A DNA stretch of 64,000 nucleotides from the human T2T-CHM13v2.0 reference genome, Homo sapiens, in assembly GCF_009914755.1 (NCBI RefSeq), contig NC_060926.1, one strand, 5' to 3'. Under the pieces are notes generated by a model. The model had not been told where the DNA came from. It did not search any database and saw only the letters and a list, made by a program, of their open reading frames with translations. Shown here one piece after another: positions 1 through 14,633 of this stretch; within the stretch, counting starts at the first letter, position 1, and each line of letters starts with the position of its first letter. Made by a program: the position numbers and the translations under genes.

Positions 1-284
1 AAAAATGTTAAATGAAATTATTCAGAGAGAAAGAAAATGACATAGGTCAGCAACCGAAATTTATATAAAGGAAATGTGTCTGAGAATAAAGGTAAAATAA
101 AATATTTTATTTTTCTTATTCTCCATAGATCAAAAAGATAATCGTCTAAAGTAGTAATAGTAAGAATGTACTGGGTGATTACAGCACATGGATAAGTGAC
201 ATGAATAATAGTAAAGTCATAAAAATGGCAGAGAAGACTTGGAAATACTCTGTTATTTAAAAAAAAAAAATGCACCTGCATTTA

Positions 285-587
285 GACTGGGCCCAGTGGC
301 ACAAACCTGTAATCCCAGCACTTTGGGAATATCACTTGAGGCCAAGAATTTGAGACCACCCTGGGCAACAAAGTGAAATCCCATCTCACTTTTTACATTT
401 TTCACAAAAAATGTAAAAATTAGCCAGGCATAATTGCATGCACCTGCAGTCCCAGCTACTTAAAAGGTTGAGGTGAAAAGACTGCATTAGCCCAAGAGTT
501 TGAGGCCACAGTGAGCTATGATTGATCACACTGCTGTACTCCAGCCTGGATGACACAGTGAGACCTTGTCTCAAAAAAATAAATAAA
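285..587 (+). mobile_element. Alu (AluJ-like)
   Basis: Diverged dimeric Alu with A tail. Confidence 0.9.
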
Positions 588-821
588 GCCTGCATTCAAT
601 GTGAAACAGTATAGTATTGTTTGAAGGTTGATGTAGATTAATTTAGAATTTATATTGTAAACCTTAAGACAACTACTACAAATTTTTTTAAGGAAGTATA
701 GTTGACATGCTAAAGACAGCAAATAGAATCATTTACTTAATTAAATCAATTAAAACCAGAGAAGGCAGAAAAAGAAAGGTTTTAAAAAAAGAAAGAACAA
801 AGCAATGAATAAAAAAGAGAT

Positions 822-1090
822 GGTTGCTCGCACCTGTAATCCCAACACTTTGGGAGGCTGAAGTGGGCGGAGTACCTGAGGTCAGGAGTTCAAGACCAGC
901 TTGACCAACATGGTGAAACCCCATTTCTATTAAAAATACAAAATTAGCCAGGTGTGGTGGCAGGGGCTACTCAGGAGGCTGAGGCAGGAGAATCGCTTGA
1001 AACCATAGGGTAGATGTTGCAGTGAGCTGAGATCACACCATTGCTTTCCAGCCTGGGCAACAAGAGCAAAACTCCATCTCAAAAAAAAAA
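822..1090 (+). mobile_element. Alu (AluS-like), slightly 5'-truncated
   Basis: Alu consensus motifs and poly-A tail. Confidence 0.9.
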
Positions 1091-4000
1091 GAGAGAGACT
1101 TAGACTGCCAAACAATAGTGGGAGATTATAACACCCCACTGTCAGTATTAGATCAACAAGACAGAAAATTAACAAGGATATTCAGGACTTGAACTCAGGT
1201 CTGAACCAAGTGGACCTACTAGACATCTACAGAACTCTCTACCCCAAATCAACAGTGTATACATTCTTCTCAGTGCCACACGGCACTTATTCTAAAATTG
1301 ACCACATAATTGGAAGTAAAACACTCCTCAGCAAATACAAAAGAACTAAAATCATAACACACAGTCTCTCAGGCCACAGTGCAATCAAACCAGAACTCAG
1401 GATTAAGAAACTCAACCAAAACCACACAATTTCATGGAAATTGAACAATCTGTTCCTGAAAGACTCCTGGGTAAATTATGAAATTACAGCAGAAATCAAG
1501 TTCTTTGAAACCAATGAGAACAAAAAGACAACGTACCAGAATCTCTGAGACACAGCTAAAGCAGTGTTAAGAGGGAAATTTATAGCACTTAATCCTCACA
1601 TCAGAAAGCTAGAAAGATCTCAAATCAATACCCTAACATCACAATTAAAAGAGCTAGAGAAGCAAGGGAAAACTGTTCCAAAAGCTAGCAGAAGACAAGA
1701 AATAACTAAGATCAGAGAAGAAGTGGAGGAGATAGAGACACGAAAAACCATCCAAAAAAAAAAAAAATCTATGAATCCAGAAGATGGTTTTTTGAAAAAA
1801 TTAACAAGACCACTAGCTAGACTAATAAAGAAGAGAGAGAAGAATCAAATAGACACAATAAAAAATGATAAAGGGGATATCACCACTGATCCCACAAAAA
1901 TACAAACTGCCATCAGAGAATACTATAAATAGTTCCACACAAATAAACTAGAAAATCTAGACAAAATGGATAAATTTCTGGACGCATACCATCTACCAAG
2001 ACTAAACCAGGAAGAAGTCGAATCCCTGAATAGACCAATAACAAGCTCTGAAATTGAGGCAGTAATTAATAGCCCACCAACCAAAAAAAGCCCAGGACCA
2101 GATGGATTCACAGCTGAATTCTATCAGAAATACAAAGAGGAGCTTGTACCATTCCTTCTGAAACTATTCCAAACAATTGAAAAGGAGGGACTCCTCCCTA
2201 ACTCATTTTACGAAGCCAGCATCATCCTGATACCAAAACCAGGAAGAGACACAACAAAAGAAAGAAAACTTCAGACCAATATCCCTGATGAGCATCGATG
2301 TAAAAATCCTCAATAACATACTGGCAAATCAAATCCAGCAGCACAGCAAAAAACATATCCACCATGATCAAGTCAGGTTCATCCCTGGGATCCAAGGCTG
2401 GTTCAACATATGCAAATCAATAAACATAATCTATCACATGAACAGAACCAAAGACAAAAACCACATGATTATCTCAATGGATGCAGAAAAGGCCTTTGAT
2501 AAAATTCAACATCCCTTCATGTTAAAAACTCTCAATAAACTAGGTATTGATGGAACATAACTCAAAATAATAAGAGCTATTTATGACAAACCCACAGCCA
2601 ATATTGCACTGAATGGGCAAAAGCTGGAAGCATTTCCATTGAAAACCAGTATAAGACAAGGATGCCCTCTCTCACCACTCCTATTCAACATAGTATTGGA
2701 AGTTCTGGCCAGGGCAATCAGACAAGAGAAAGAAATAAAGGGTATTCAAATAGAAGAGAGGAAATCAAGTTGTCTCTGTTTACAGATGACACAATTTTAT
2801 ATTTAGAAAACCCCATCATCTCAGCCCAAAACCTTATTGAACTGAGAGGTAACATCAGCAAAGTCTCAGGATACAAAAATCAATGTGCAAAAATGACAAG
2901 CATTCCTATACACCAACAACAGACAAGCAGAGAGCCAAATCATCAATGAACTCCCACTCACTATCACTACAAAGAGAATAAAATACCTAGGAATACAGCT
3001 AACAAGCGATGTGAAGGGTCTCTTCAAAGAGAACTACAAACCACTGCTCAAGGAAACAAGAGAGGACACAAACAAATGGAAAAACATTTCATCCTCATGG
3101 ATAGGAAGAATCAATATTGTGAAAATGGCCATACTGCTCCAAGAAATTCATAGATTCAATGCTATTCCCATCAAACTACCATTGACATTCTTCACAGAAT
3201 TAGAAAAAACTATTTTAAATTTCATATGGAATCAAAGAAGACCCCATATAGCCAAGACAATCCTAAACAAAAAGAACAAAGCTGAAAATACTACTAAAAA
3301 TTTATTTATTTTTAGTACACACTACCTGATCTCAAACTATACTACAAGGCTACAGTAACCAAAACAGCATGGTACTGGTACCAAAACAGGCACACAGACC
3401 AATGCAGCAGAACAGAGACCTCAGAAATAACACCACACGTCTACAACCATCTGATCTTCAACAAACCTGACAAAAATAAGCAATCGGGAAAGGATCTCCT
3501 ACTCAGTAAATGGTACTGGGAAAACTGGCTAGCCACATGCAGAAAACTGAAACTGGACCCCTTCCTTACACCTTATAGAAAAATTAACTATTAACTCAAG
3601 GTGGATTAAAGACTAAAATGTAAAACCCAAAACCATAAAAACCCTACAAGAAAACCTAGGCAATACCATCCAGGACATAGACATGAGCACAGACTTCATG
3701 ACTAAAACACCAAAAGCAACTGCAACAAAAGCCAAAATTGACAGATGTGATCTAATTAAACTAAAGATCTTCTGCACAGCAAAAGAAATTAGTATCAGAG
3801 TGAAGAGGCAACCTACAGAATGGGAGAAAATTTTTGCAATCTACTCATCTGACAAAGATCTAATATCCAGAAGTTACAAGGAACTTAAACATATTTACAA
3901 GAAAAAGCTAAATAACTCCATCAAAAACTGGGTAAAGGATATAAACAGATACTTCTCAAAAGAAGATATTTACGCAGCCAACAAACGTATGAAAAAAAGC

Positions 4001-4725
4001 TCAACATCACTAATCATCAGAGAAATGCAAATCAAAATCACAATGAGATACCATCTCACGCCAGTCAGAATGGCAATTATTAAAAAGTCAGGAAACAATA
4101 GATGCTGGCGAGGCTGTGGAGAAATAGGAATGCTTTTACACTGTTGGTGGGAATGTAAATTACTTCAACCATTGTGGAAGACAGTATGGCAATTCCTCAA
4201 GGATCTAGAATCAGAAATACCATTTGACCCAGAAATCCTATTACTGGGTATATACCCAAAGGAATATCAATCATTCTACTATAAAGATACATACACATGT
4301 ATGTTTATTGCAGCACTATTTACAACAGCAAAGACATGGAAACAACCCAAATGCCCATCAATGATAGACTGCATAAAGAAAATGTGGTACATATACACTA
4401 CGGAATACTATGCTGCCATAAAAAGGAATGAGATCATGTCCTTTGCAGGGATAGATGAAGCTGGAAGCCATGATCCTCAGCAAACTAATGCAGGAACAGA
4501 AAATCAAACACCTCCTGTTCTCACTCATAAGTGGGAGTTGAGCAATGAGAACACATGGACACAGAGAGGGGAACAACACACACCAGAGCCTGTTGGGGGG
4601 TAGGGGGTGAGGGGAAGGAATGTAGAGGATGGGTCAATAGGTACAGCAAACCACCATGGTACACATATACCTATGTAACAAACCTGCACATTCTGCACAT
4701 GTATCCTGTTTTGTTGGTTTTTTTT
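1091..4725 (+). mobile_element. 5'-truncated L1PA (L1PA8-like) with broken ORF2 and 3'UTR
   Basis: ORF fragments match L1 ORF2p: endonuclease end ([12 protein letters not shown]), RT ([28 protein letters not shown]), C-terminal Cys domain ([19 protein letters not shown]). Many frameshifts and stops. Confidence 0.95.
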
Positions 4726-4803
4726 AGAAGAGAAAGAGGAGGGGAGTGGAGAGGAGGGGAGGGAAGGGGAGGGGAGGGGAGAGACAGAAAGAGAAAAAGA
4801 AAG
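4726..4803 (+). repeat. GA-rich low-complexity purine tract
   Basis: GGAGGGGAGGGAAGGGGAGGGGAGGGG-type repeats at the L1 3' end. Confidence 0.85.
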
Positions 4804-4872
4804 ATGCAATGAATAGAAAACACTTACAAACATAGTAGATATTAATCCAACTACATCAATAATCCCTTCAAG

Positions 4873-5173
4873 GGCCGGGTGCAGTGGCTCACGCCTGTAA
4901 TCCCAGTACTTTGGGAGGCTGAGGCAGGCAGATGACCTGAGGTCAGGAGTTCAAGACCAGCCTGGCCAACATGGTGAAACCCCATCTCTACTAAGAATAC
5001 AAAAATTAGCAAGGCGTTGTGGCCGGTGCCTGTAATCCCAGTTACTCAGGAGGCTGAGGCAGGAGAATTGCTTGAACCTGGGAGGCAGACATAGCAGTGA
5101 GCTGAAACCACGCTGCTGCACTCCAGCTTAGGTGACAGAGCGAGATTCCATAAAAAGTTAAAAAAAAAAAAAA
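4873..5173 (+). mobile_element. Alu (AluS-like)
   Basis: Full dimer with tail. Confidence 0.92.
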
Positions 5174-5376
5174 TCTCTTCAAGTATGAAAGGTCTAAGTA
5201 CACCAACTAAATGAGATTTTCAGAGTGGATTAAAAACCAAAAAAAAAACAACAAAAAACATGGCTCAACTGTATGTTGTCCAGAAGAAACTCATTTAAGA
5301 CTCACATAGGTTAAAAGTAAAGGAATGAAAAAAAGTAAAGGGATATGGAAAAAGTATACTACGTTAACATTAATCA

Positions 5377-5590
<214 letters not shown>

Positions 5591-5976
5591 ACCAAGCTGA
5601 GATACTTTCACCGGTGAATACTACTAAACCTTAAGAAAGAAATGATAACAAGTTTCCACAATCTATTCCAGAAAACAGAGCAGAGGGAACACGCGAATTC
5701 ATTCTATTACAGTAAGGAGGCCAACGTTCCTGTAATATAGTAAAATCAAATAAAGATACTAAAATAAAGGAAACTACAGACTAATAGCTCTCAAGCAAAA
5801 TTTTTCAACAAAATATGAGCAAATAGAAACCAACAATGCATAAAATGAATGATACCATGATCAAATGGGACTTACTCCAGGTATGCAAGGATGGTTCAAC
5901 ATTGGAAATATCGATCAATATAATACATGACATCCACAGGCTAAAGAAGAAAAAACCATATGATCACATCAATTGA

Positions 5977-6392
<416 letters not shown>

Positions 6393-7434
6393 AGAACTCT
6401 TTAACTTGATAAAGAACATCTCCAGAAAAACTCCCCACAGTTAACATCATACTTAATGATGAGAAACTGGACATTTTCCCACTAAAATCAGGAACAAGAC
6501 AAGAATGTCTTCTTACATCACTCCTATTCAACATCAGAGTTAATGCAGTAAGATAAAAAGTGAAAATAAAAGATATATATATAGAGAGAGAGAGAAGAAA
6601 AAAACAAAACTTTGTTCACAGATGATATGCTTGTCTTTGTAGAAATATCTCAGAGAATCAGCAAGAAAATCTCCAGGAATTAATAAGCAAGTAGAACAAG
6701 GCTGCAGGATTCAAGGTTAACATGACAACATCTCTCCTACATACCAGCAATTGGAACAACTGGAACTGGAACAACTGGAATTTGAACAACTAGAATTTGA
6801 AGGAAAAAAAATTACCATTGACAACAGTAAAAGGTATTTTTGTTAGGCATAAGCCTAAATAAATATGCATAGGGTTTATTTGTATCAAACTACAAAACTC
6901 TGATGAAAGAAATCAAAGGAGATCTAAACAGATAGATATTCCACATTCATGGTTTAGAAGATTTAATACTGTTAAGATGTAATTCCTCCCAATTTTATCT
7001 ACAGATTCAACGCAATCCCAATAAAAATCCCACACACTATTTTGTAAATATTGACAACTGATTCTAAAGTTGATATAAAAATGTCAAGATATAGAGAAGC
7101 CAACACAATACTGGAGAAGAAGAACAAAGTTGGAGGACTCACACTACGCAATTTCAAGACTTGCTACAAAGTTACAGTAATCAAGACAGTGTGGTGGTAC
7201 TGGTAATAGATTAGATATGTAAGTCAATACTTAGTAAATACTTATCGTTGACTAAAAAGCAAAGGTAGTTCAGTGGAGAAGGACAGTCTTTTCAACAAAC
7301 GGTGCTAAATCACTAGACATCCGTATGCAAAGAAATGAACCCAGACACAGACCTTACATCTTTCACAAAAAGTAATTCAAAATGGCTCATAAACCTACGT
7401 GTAAAACAGAAAACTATAAAACTTCTACAACATA

Positions 7435-7746
<312 letters not shown>

Positions 7747-8013
7747 CTTCTACAACATAACACAGGAGAAGGCCTAGATGACTAAGTGTGGTGATGACTC
7801 TGTAGAGATAACACCAGAAGCATGATCCATGGGGAAAAAATTGATGTTAGACTTTATTTTAAAATTTTTGCTCTGCAAAGGACACCTGAGTACCAAAAGA
7901 CAAGCCACTGACTGAGAGAAAGTACTTGCAAAACACGTCTGATAAAGGACTTATATCCAAAATATACAAAGAATTCTTAAAACTCAACAATAAGAAAACA
8001 AATGACCCAATTA

Positions 8014-8310
<297 letters not shown>

Positions 8311-9303
8311 CATATATATATATATAGTTGTCCAACATCTTTTGTCACTAGGAAATTGTAAATTAAAACAAGATACCATTATATACTTAATAGAATGGCT
8401 AAAATCCAAAAAACTGACGATACCAATTGTGAGGATGTGTAGCAGCAGGGACTCATTCATTGCTGATGGTAATACAAAATGCACAGCCACCTAGAAGATA
8501 ACTTGATAGTTCTGTACAAAACTAAACACAGCCTTATCGTATGATCCCTGCAATCGCACACCTAGGTATTTACCCAACTGACGTAAAAACATATGTCTAC
8601 AGAAAAACCTGCAAGTGAATGTTTATGGCAGCTTTATTCATAATTATCTAAAACTGGATGCAGCCAAGATGTCCTTCAATAGGTGAATGGATAACCAAAC
8701 TGTGGTTAGATCCATTCAGTAGAGTATTATTCTGTGATTTAAAAAAAAAAAATCTATCGAGCCATGACTTTTCACAAACAGGAAACTTAAAAGCATATTG
8801 CTAAGGAAAAGAAACCCTCCTAAGAAAGCTACATACTGTATGATTCCAATTATTCCAGAAAAAGGAAAAGGGAAAACTATAGCAAGGGTAGAAAGACAAG
8901 TGGCTGCTAGAGGGAAAAGGTTAAATTAGTCAAACATAGGGGAATTTTAGGGCAGTGAAAACTATTCTGTATAATATTGTGATTGTGGATGCATGACACT
9001 GTGTGTTTGTCAAAACCCACAGAACTTTACAGGACAAAGAGTAAACCTTAATGTTTGCAAGTTTTAAAAATAAATCCTTTAGGAGGTCAGGGACCCCTGG
9101 ATTTAATGCAGGATGTGACCCAGCAACCTGACTGTACTACACATGTTTGAAACAGCCTCAGTGCGAGGAGTGAGGGAAATAGGGGACAGCCCTAAGTAAT
9201 TTTGGAAATAAGTGGAGTCTGTGGAAAGGACGGCAAAGAACCATACACAAGTACAGGACTCCATGGGCCACAGGTTAACAACTCTGAAACTACTACACAT
9301 GCA

Positions 9304-9774
9304 CAGATGGTCCTCGACTAACAATGGTTCCACTTAACGGTTTTTTGGCTTTACAGTGGTATGAAAGCAACACACATTCGGTAGAAACCATCCTTTGAAT
9401 TTTGAACTTTCACCTTTTCCCAGGCTAGTGGTGCAAGGCACAGCACTCTCTCGTGATGCTGGGCAGCAGCTGTGAGCTGCAGGTCCCAGTCAGCCACGTG
9501 ATCACAAAGATAAACAACCGGTACTGTGCCCTACAGTGCACTGTATTCAATACATTACATGAGATATTCACACTTTGTTATAAAATATGCTTTGTGTTAG
9601 AAGACTTTGCCTAACTGTAGGCTAATGTAAGTGTTCTGAGAACGTTTAAGGTGGGTGAGGCTAAGCTATAATGTTTGGAGGGTCAGGTGTATTCAATGCA
9701 TTTTTGACGATGATATTTTCAACTTAGGATGAGTTTATTGGGATGTAACCCCATCGTAAGCTAAGGAGCATCAG
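9304..9774. mobile_element. Tigger-family DNA transposon (MER47-like)
   Basis: Imperfect terminal inverted repeats CAGATGGTCCTCGACTAACAATGG / CCATCGTAAGCTAAGGAGCATCAG; TA at the right flank. Confidence 0.8.
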
Positions 9775-9956
9775 TATATTGTAAATGAACCATTAAGAAA
9801 AAGGATGGCAGAGCGTGAGAGCCAGGTTTCTCACTTCTGCAGTAGGAGCTTATAGACAGGCAAGGGAAAGAGGCAAGAATGATCCAGATGGTAATGAACT
9901 AGAGTCAGAGACAGGTGTGAACTCAGGTTCAGCTTACTATAGATACAAAGGGTTAC

Positions 9957-10211
9957 TGCAATGGTTAATTGTAGGTGTCAACTTGACTGGGCTAAGAGAT
10001 ACCCCAATCGCTGGTAAAGCATTATTTCTGGTGGTATCTGTGAGGGTGTTTCCAAAAGAGGTAAGCATTTGAATCAGTGGACTAAGTATGGAAGATCCAA
10101 TCTCTCTGTGGGCAGGCACTATCCAATTGGCTGAGGGCCCAGACAGAAAAAAAAAAGGCAGAGGAAGATATATATCCTAGAGGTTCTGTCTCCCTGGAGA
10201 ATCCTAATACA
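9957..10211 (+). mobile_element. MLT2 (ERVL) solo LTR, internally deleted
   Basis: Start ...GGTTAATTGTAGGTGTCAACTTGACTGGGCTAAG and end TTCTGTCTCCCTGGAGAATCCTAATACA. Confidence 0.8.
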
Positions 10212-10612
10212 GTTGCATGAAGAAATATTTATAGACATGCATATACACAAGAGTAAATTCACACAGATGTATTTCCTTGCTCTATCAGGAAAAAAATTCC
10301 TTGCCCTCTGAGAGGGCCTAGAAGCAATGAGCACACATAGAGCGCAGATTTGGTTTCTACTACCATGCTCCAATGAAAGGAACCAGGGCTCCTTGGAGAA
10401 ATGGCTGCTTCTGGAACTGGAACAGGAAATATACAAGATGAGCCTGGAACCATTTACAGTGTCAAAAAGTAAGGAATGCTAACCATACACAACCCACAGT
10501 ATGAAAGGTGGGGGAAGTAACTTTACATTGAAGAAACTGACAAATACTACCTCAGCCAGGTGATTGAGGACAGCATCAATAAAGGTAAGTCATGTTGACA
10601 GAAGGTACCCTT

Positions 10613-10770
10613 GAGCCAGGCATGGTAGCAGGTGCCTGTAGTCCCAGCTACTCAGGAGGCTGAGGTAGGAGGATCACCTGAGCCAAGAGTTTGAGGTTGC
10701 AGTGAGCTATGATCACCACTGCATTCGAGCCTGGGCAAGAGAGCAAGGCTCTGTCTCAAAAAATAATAGA
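10613..10770 (+). mobile_element. Alu right monomer (FRAM-like)
   Basis: Single monomer with tail. Confidence 0.85.
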
Positions 10771-11113
10771 AAGAAAAAGAGGGGAGTGGGGGGAGGGAGG
10801 GGAGGGGAGGGGAGAATGTACCCTTGATATGAACTGATGAGAATGGCACTTTATCCCTGTGGTCTTCCTCTCCCAAAGCCAATCACCCTAATCTATCATA
10901 AGAAAAGCATCGGATAAATCCCAACTGAGCGACATTCTATAAAATACAGGACCAGCATTTTCTCAAAACTGTGAAGGTCATCCAAAACAGGGAAAGTCTG
11001 AGAAACTGTCCCAGCCACATTGACAACTAAATGTAATGTGTTGTCCTGAATGGAATCCTGGAACACAAGACTAGGGAAATCTGAATAAGACCTGGACTCT
11101 GGGTAATAATAAT

Positions 11114-11566
11114 TGTATTCATTTGTTACTGCTGCCATAACAAGCTACCACAACCATAATAGCTTAAAACAAAACAAACGTATGAGTCTGATACAGAACG
11201 CACTGCACTAGGATCGAGGTGGTGACAGGTGCGCGTCTCCGAGGTCTGCTTGCCCTTTCCAGCTTCTGAGACCAACAACTTTACTTGGCTCGGGGCCCCT
11301 TGCTCCATCTCCAAGACCAGCAACATCAGGCCAAGTTCTTCCCACACTACCAACTCTCTGGTCCTCTCTTCAGATCCCCTCGTCCAGTTATAAGAACCCT
11401 TGTGATCACATTGGCACCCCACCCTCCCCACCCACCATTACTCCAGGATAATCTCCCTATTTTAAGGTCAGCTGATAAGCAACCTTACTTCCATCTACTA
11501 CCTTAATGCTCCTTTGTCACGGGGACCTAACATTCACAGGATGGAGCCTTTATTCAGCCTACCACA
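11114..11566 (-). mobile_element. MLT1 (MaLR) LTR
   Basis: TGCTGCCATAACAAGCTACCACAA...CCTACCACA termini. Confidence 0.7.
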
Positions 11567-12536
11567 ATAATGTAACAATATCAGTTCATTAATTGTAACA
11601 AATAGGCCATACCACTACAAGTTGTCAGTAGCATGAGAAACCAAAACCAGGTATGGGGTATACCAGAACCCTCTGTACTGTCCTCACAATTTTTCTGTAA
11701 ATCTAAAACTGTTCTAAAAAATAAAGTTTATTTTTTTAAGAAGTGTCAAGGAAAATCAAGTCAATCAGTGCCCACCTGCAGAGAAGCGGGGGAGAGTGAC
11801 CCCCACATCTGTGCAAATGCTAACTGCCCCCATAGGAAACCAGGGTTGGGGTGGGGGAGTCGCATGAAACCAGGGGGTAAACTAGAGCATTCAGGGTGGA
11901 ACCACCCACGGTACAAAGGACCAGCACCACAGAGGAGATGCAAAGCTGGCAGGCAGGGCAGTGAGTGTCCCTGGCACAACTCTGCAGACAAGGGGAAGAT
12001 ACGGGTGAGAAAAGAAAACTCAGGAAGAAAGAACTACCCATAAGTTTTTGTTGAATGGGCAAACAAAAAACGGTTAACATGGCAAAGAATGCCTTCAACA
12101 TTATCAGAAAATTGGATAACATGTCTGCAAATTTCAAACGGGTCAAAGACAAAAATATATACATATATACACATAGAGAAAGCAACTATACGGAAAAATG
12201 TTAATGCATGCTCCCACAACAGCGTGCAGCCCTACTTAGTCCGTCCTTTTATAAGGAAGCTGAAGATAACTCACAAGGAGGCCTTTGGGCAATACTTATG
12301 AGCAGGGTCATAAAAAAAAAATACTGCTGTTCTTCCTACCCACGTGCATGTTTTCTCATCTGATCCTCCCACCACCTTTCCGCAGATGGGATGAAGCAGC
12401 TGAGGCCCTGAGCACTGAGAGATGATGCCGGGCCTCCCCAGCCCTGGCTCCAGAGCCCACGTTCTCTTCTACTGGGTGAGGACTGGTTAGAGACAGGCAA
12501 ACACTTATTTTTAAAAATACTACATCATTTACAAAC

Positions 12537-12684
12537 CTACAGTTCCATCTACATTCAGACTGACTTTCCCTCCACAAGCCCAAACCGGCAAACTCTTTGC
12601 TGCATCTCCAGGAATGAGGCCCCACTCAAGGGCTGCAGGGCCGCCACCTCGTGCATCCTGCTTTCCCTTCCGCAGCAGTTCCAT
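12537..12684 (-). CDS. Candidate alternative first coding exon of TBC1D8 (MELLRKGKQDARGGGPAALEWGLIPGDAAKSLPVWACGGKVSLNVDGTV-G)
   Basis: ATG at 12684, 49 open codons plus 1 nt, ending at donor AG|GTTTGT; same phase as canonical exon 1; non-repeat DNA. Confidence 0.4.
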
Positions 12685-12741
12685 ATGGCTTGTCTGGCGC
12701 TACAGGAAAATCCTCTTGGCGTCTCAGCGAGCACAACACTC

Positions 12742-12751
12742 CTATTTTTAG
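12742..12751. promoter_or_regulatory. MEF2 consensus site
   Basis: CTATTTTTAG is an exact YTA(A/T)4TAR match. Confidence 0.45.
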
Positions 12752-13326
12752 GCTCTTAGAATAACAACTCTGGCTGAGATAGATGTCAAGTGACAAGTTT
12801 TATAATTAGGGCCCAAATAGAGGCCTACTAATAATTTGCTTCTAAGCAATAGTGCAGCAATTCTTTCATTCTGGCTGGATCTGATGCACAGTGATGGTAC
12901 TAAGTCTGAGACAAAATGACAGCTACTGATTCAGGGCAAACAGGGGTACTCAGAGAAGCCTTCCCATGGCTTAATGGTTTTTATAACCACTGTGTTGGGC
13001 CTTGTGCTAACCACAGGCAGTGGTGGCAGAGTGCTCTGCTCTCACCAATAATAGTACCGTAGCACAATAAAACCCGTTTTTAAGAAACAGTAACACCCAT
13101 TCCTCTTCCCCGCCCCACTCCCACCTACATTAAAGAAAGTATGCCTTCCCTAACAGCTTTGGGCCCAGAAGTACATCTGAGCAGCTCAATGATGGAAAAC
13201 GTTATTACTGGAGTAATAGAAGGACTTCTCACTATACACAAGCCGTTAAACAGTGATGGCTCCTTCACGGTACACCACAAGCCACTGTGGGGAAACCAGC
13301 TGCACTAGATAGCTGTCTTCATGCTA

Positions 13327-13728
<402 letters not shown>

Positions 13729-14464
13729 TCACGAAAAGTCACAAATAACCGAAAAAGACCACATGAAGTCCTTTCTAATGACTAGTAAAAAGAAAAGAAA
13801 AATGTTGGGGAAATTTGCATTGGCAACATGAGAAATCTACCTATTCAAAGTAAAATTCATAATCCAAATTATCCAACTTTTGAATATTGTTTTTACAAAG
13901 CATTTCATAATTCAATATCACTCTTAATGAGAGCTCTTATGATCCCCACGAATTCCCACTAAACCAAGAGATGACTGCTATTTTTCAGGGCGTGCAGCAG
14001 AGCAGCGGACAAAGCTGCAGGGCGACCATATCACGCAGGATGCTCCGGCGGTGGCAACCTGAGAAGCTCACCGTTTATAACTAAGCAGACAACATGCGCG
14101 GTCCTGTGCCCATCATGGCTGGTGGAACGAGCCTGCCGAATCCACAACACGAATGCCTGAGTGTGTGCGCGAGTGCAGGTCCGGAGGAGCATTTCAAGGG
14201 CATTGCAAGGGAGGGATGCTGGCCCTCGTTCTCAAGAACAGAATGAGCAGTCACCTGCACATGGTGCCCCAGATACATGGGAATGATGACATCCACACAA
14301 TGGTCCTTTGCTTTCTCAGGAAACCAAGAGAGGACAATGGGTGTGGCTGCTAGCCTCAGGTGTCTGGAGCGAGTTACGCTACCTGGACTGACTGTCTGAT
14401 TCACACTGAATTACAGGAGGGAGAAATTGGTTTGAGTCTTCACTCAAAACCTGAAAATTCTTTA

Positions 14465-14633
14465 TTGGGTGCAGAGATTCAGTTTTGCAGGATGAAAAGA
14501 ATCCTGAAGATGTCTGGTGGTGATGCTGGCACAGCAATGCAAATGTACATAATGCCACCAAACTGTACATTTAACAGTGGTTACAATGGTCAAATGTTGT
14601 GTACTTGACCATAGTTTTAAAAAAAAAAAAAAA
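14465..14633 (+). mobile_element. Old L1M 3' end fragment
   Basis: TTTTGCAGGATGAAAAG...GGTGGTGATG...AACTGTACATTTAA motif. Confidence 0.65.

Noticed and set aside
1189-4603. Series of ORFs including a 306-aa one, suggesting a reverse-transcriptase system
   Set aside because: Frameshifted pieces of a dead 5'-truncated L1 ORF2; the RT motif is altered (FTDD) and there is no ORF1 or promoter
6751-6801. Short GAACAACT(G/A)GAA repeats with short spacers
   Set aside because: Slippage duplications inside an old L1; not CRISPR-like, and the DNA is eukaryotic
12356-12625. 89-aa minus-strand ORF overlapping the candidate alternative exon
   Set aside because: GTG start, different frame, no recognisable homology
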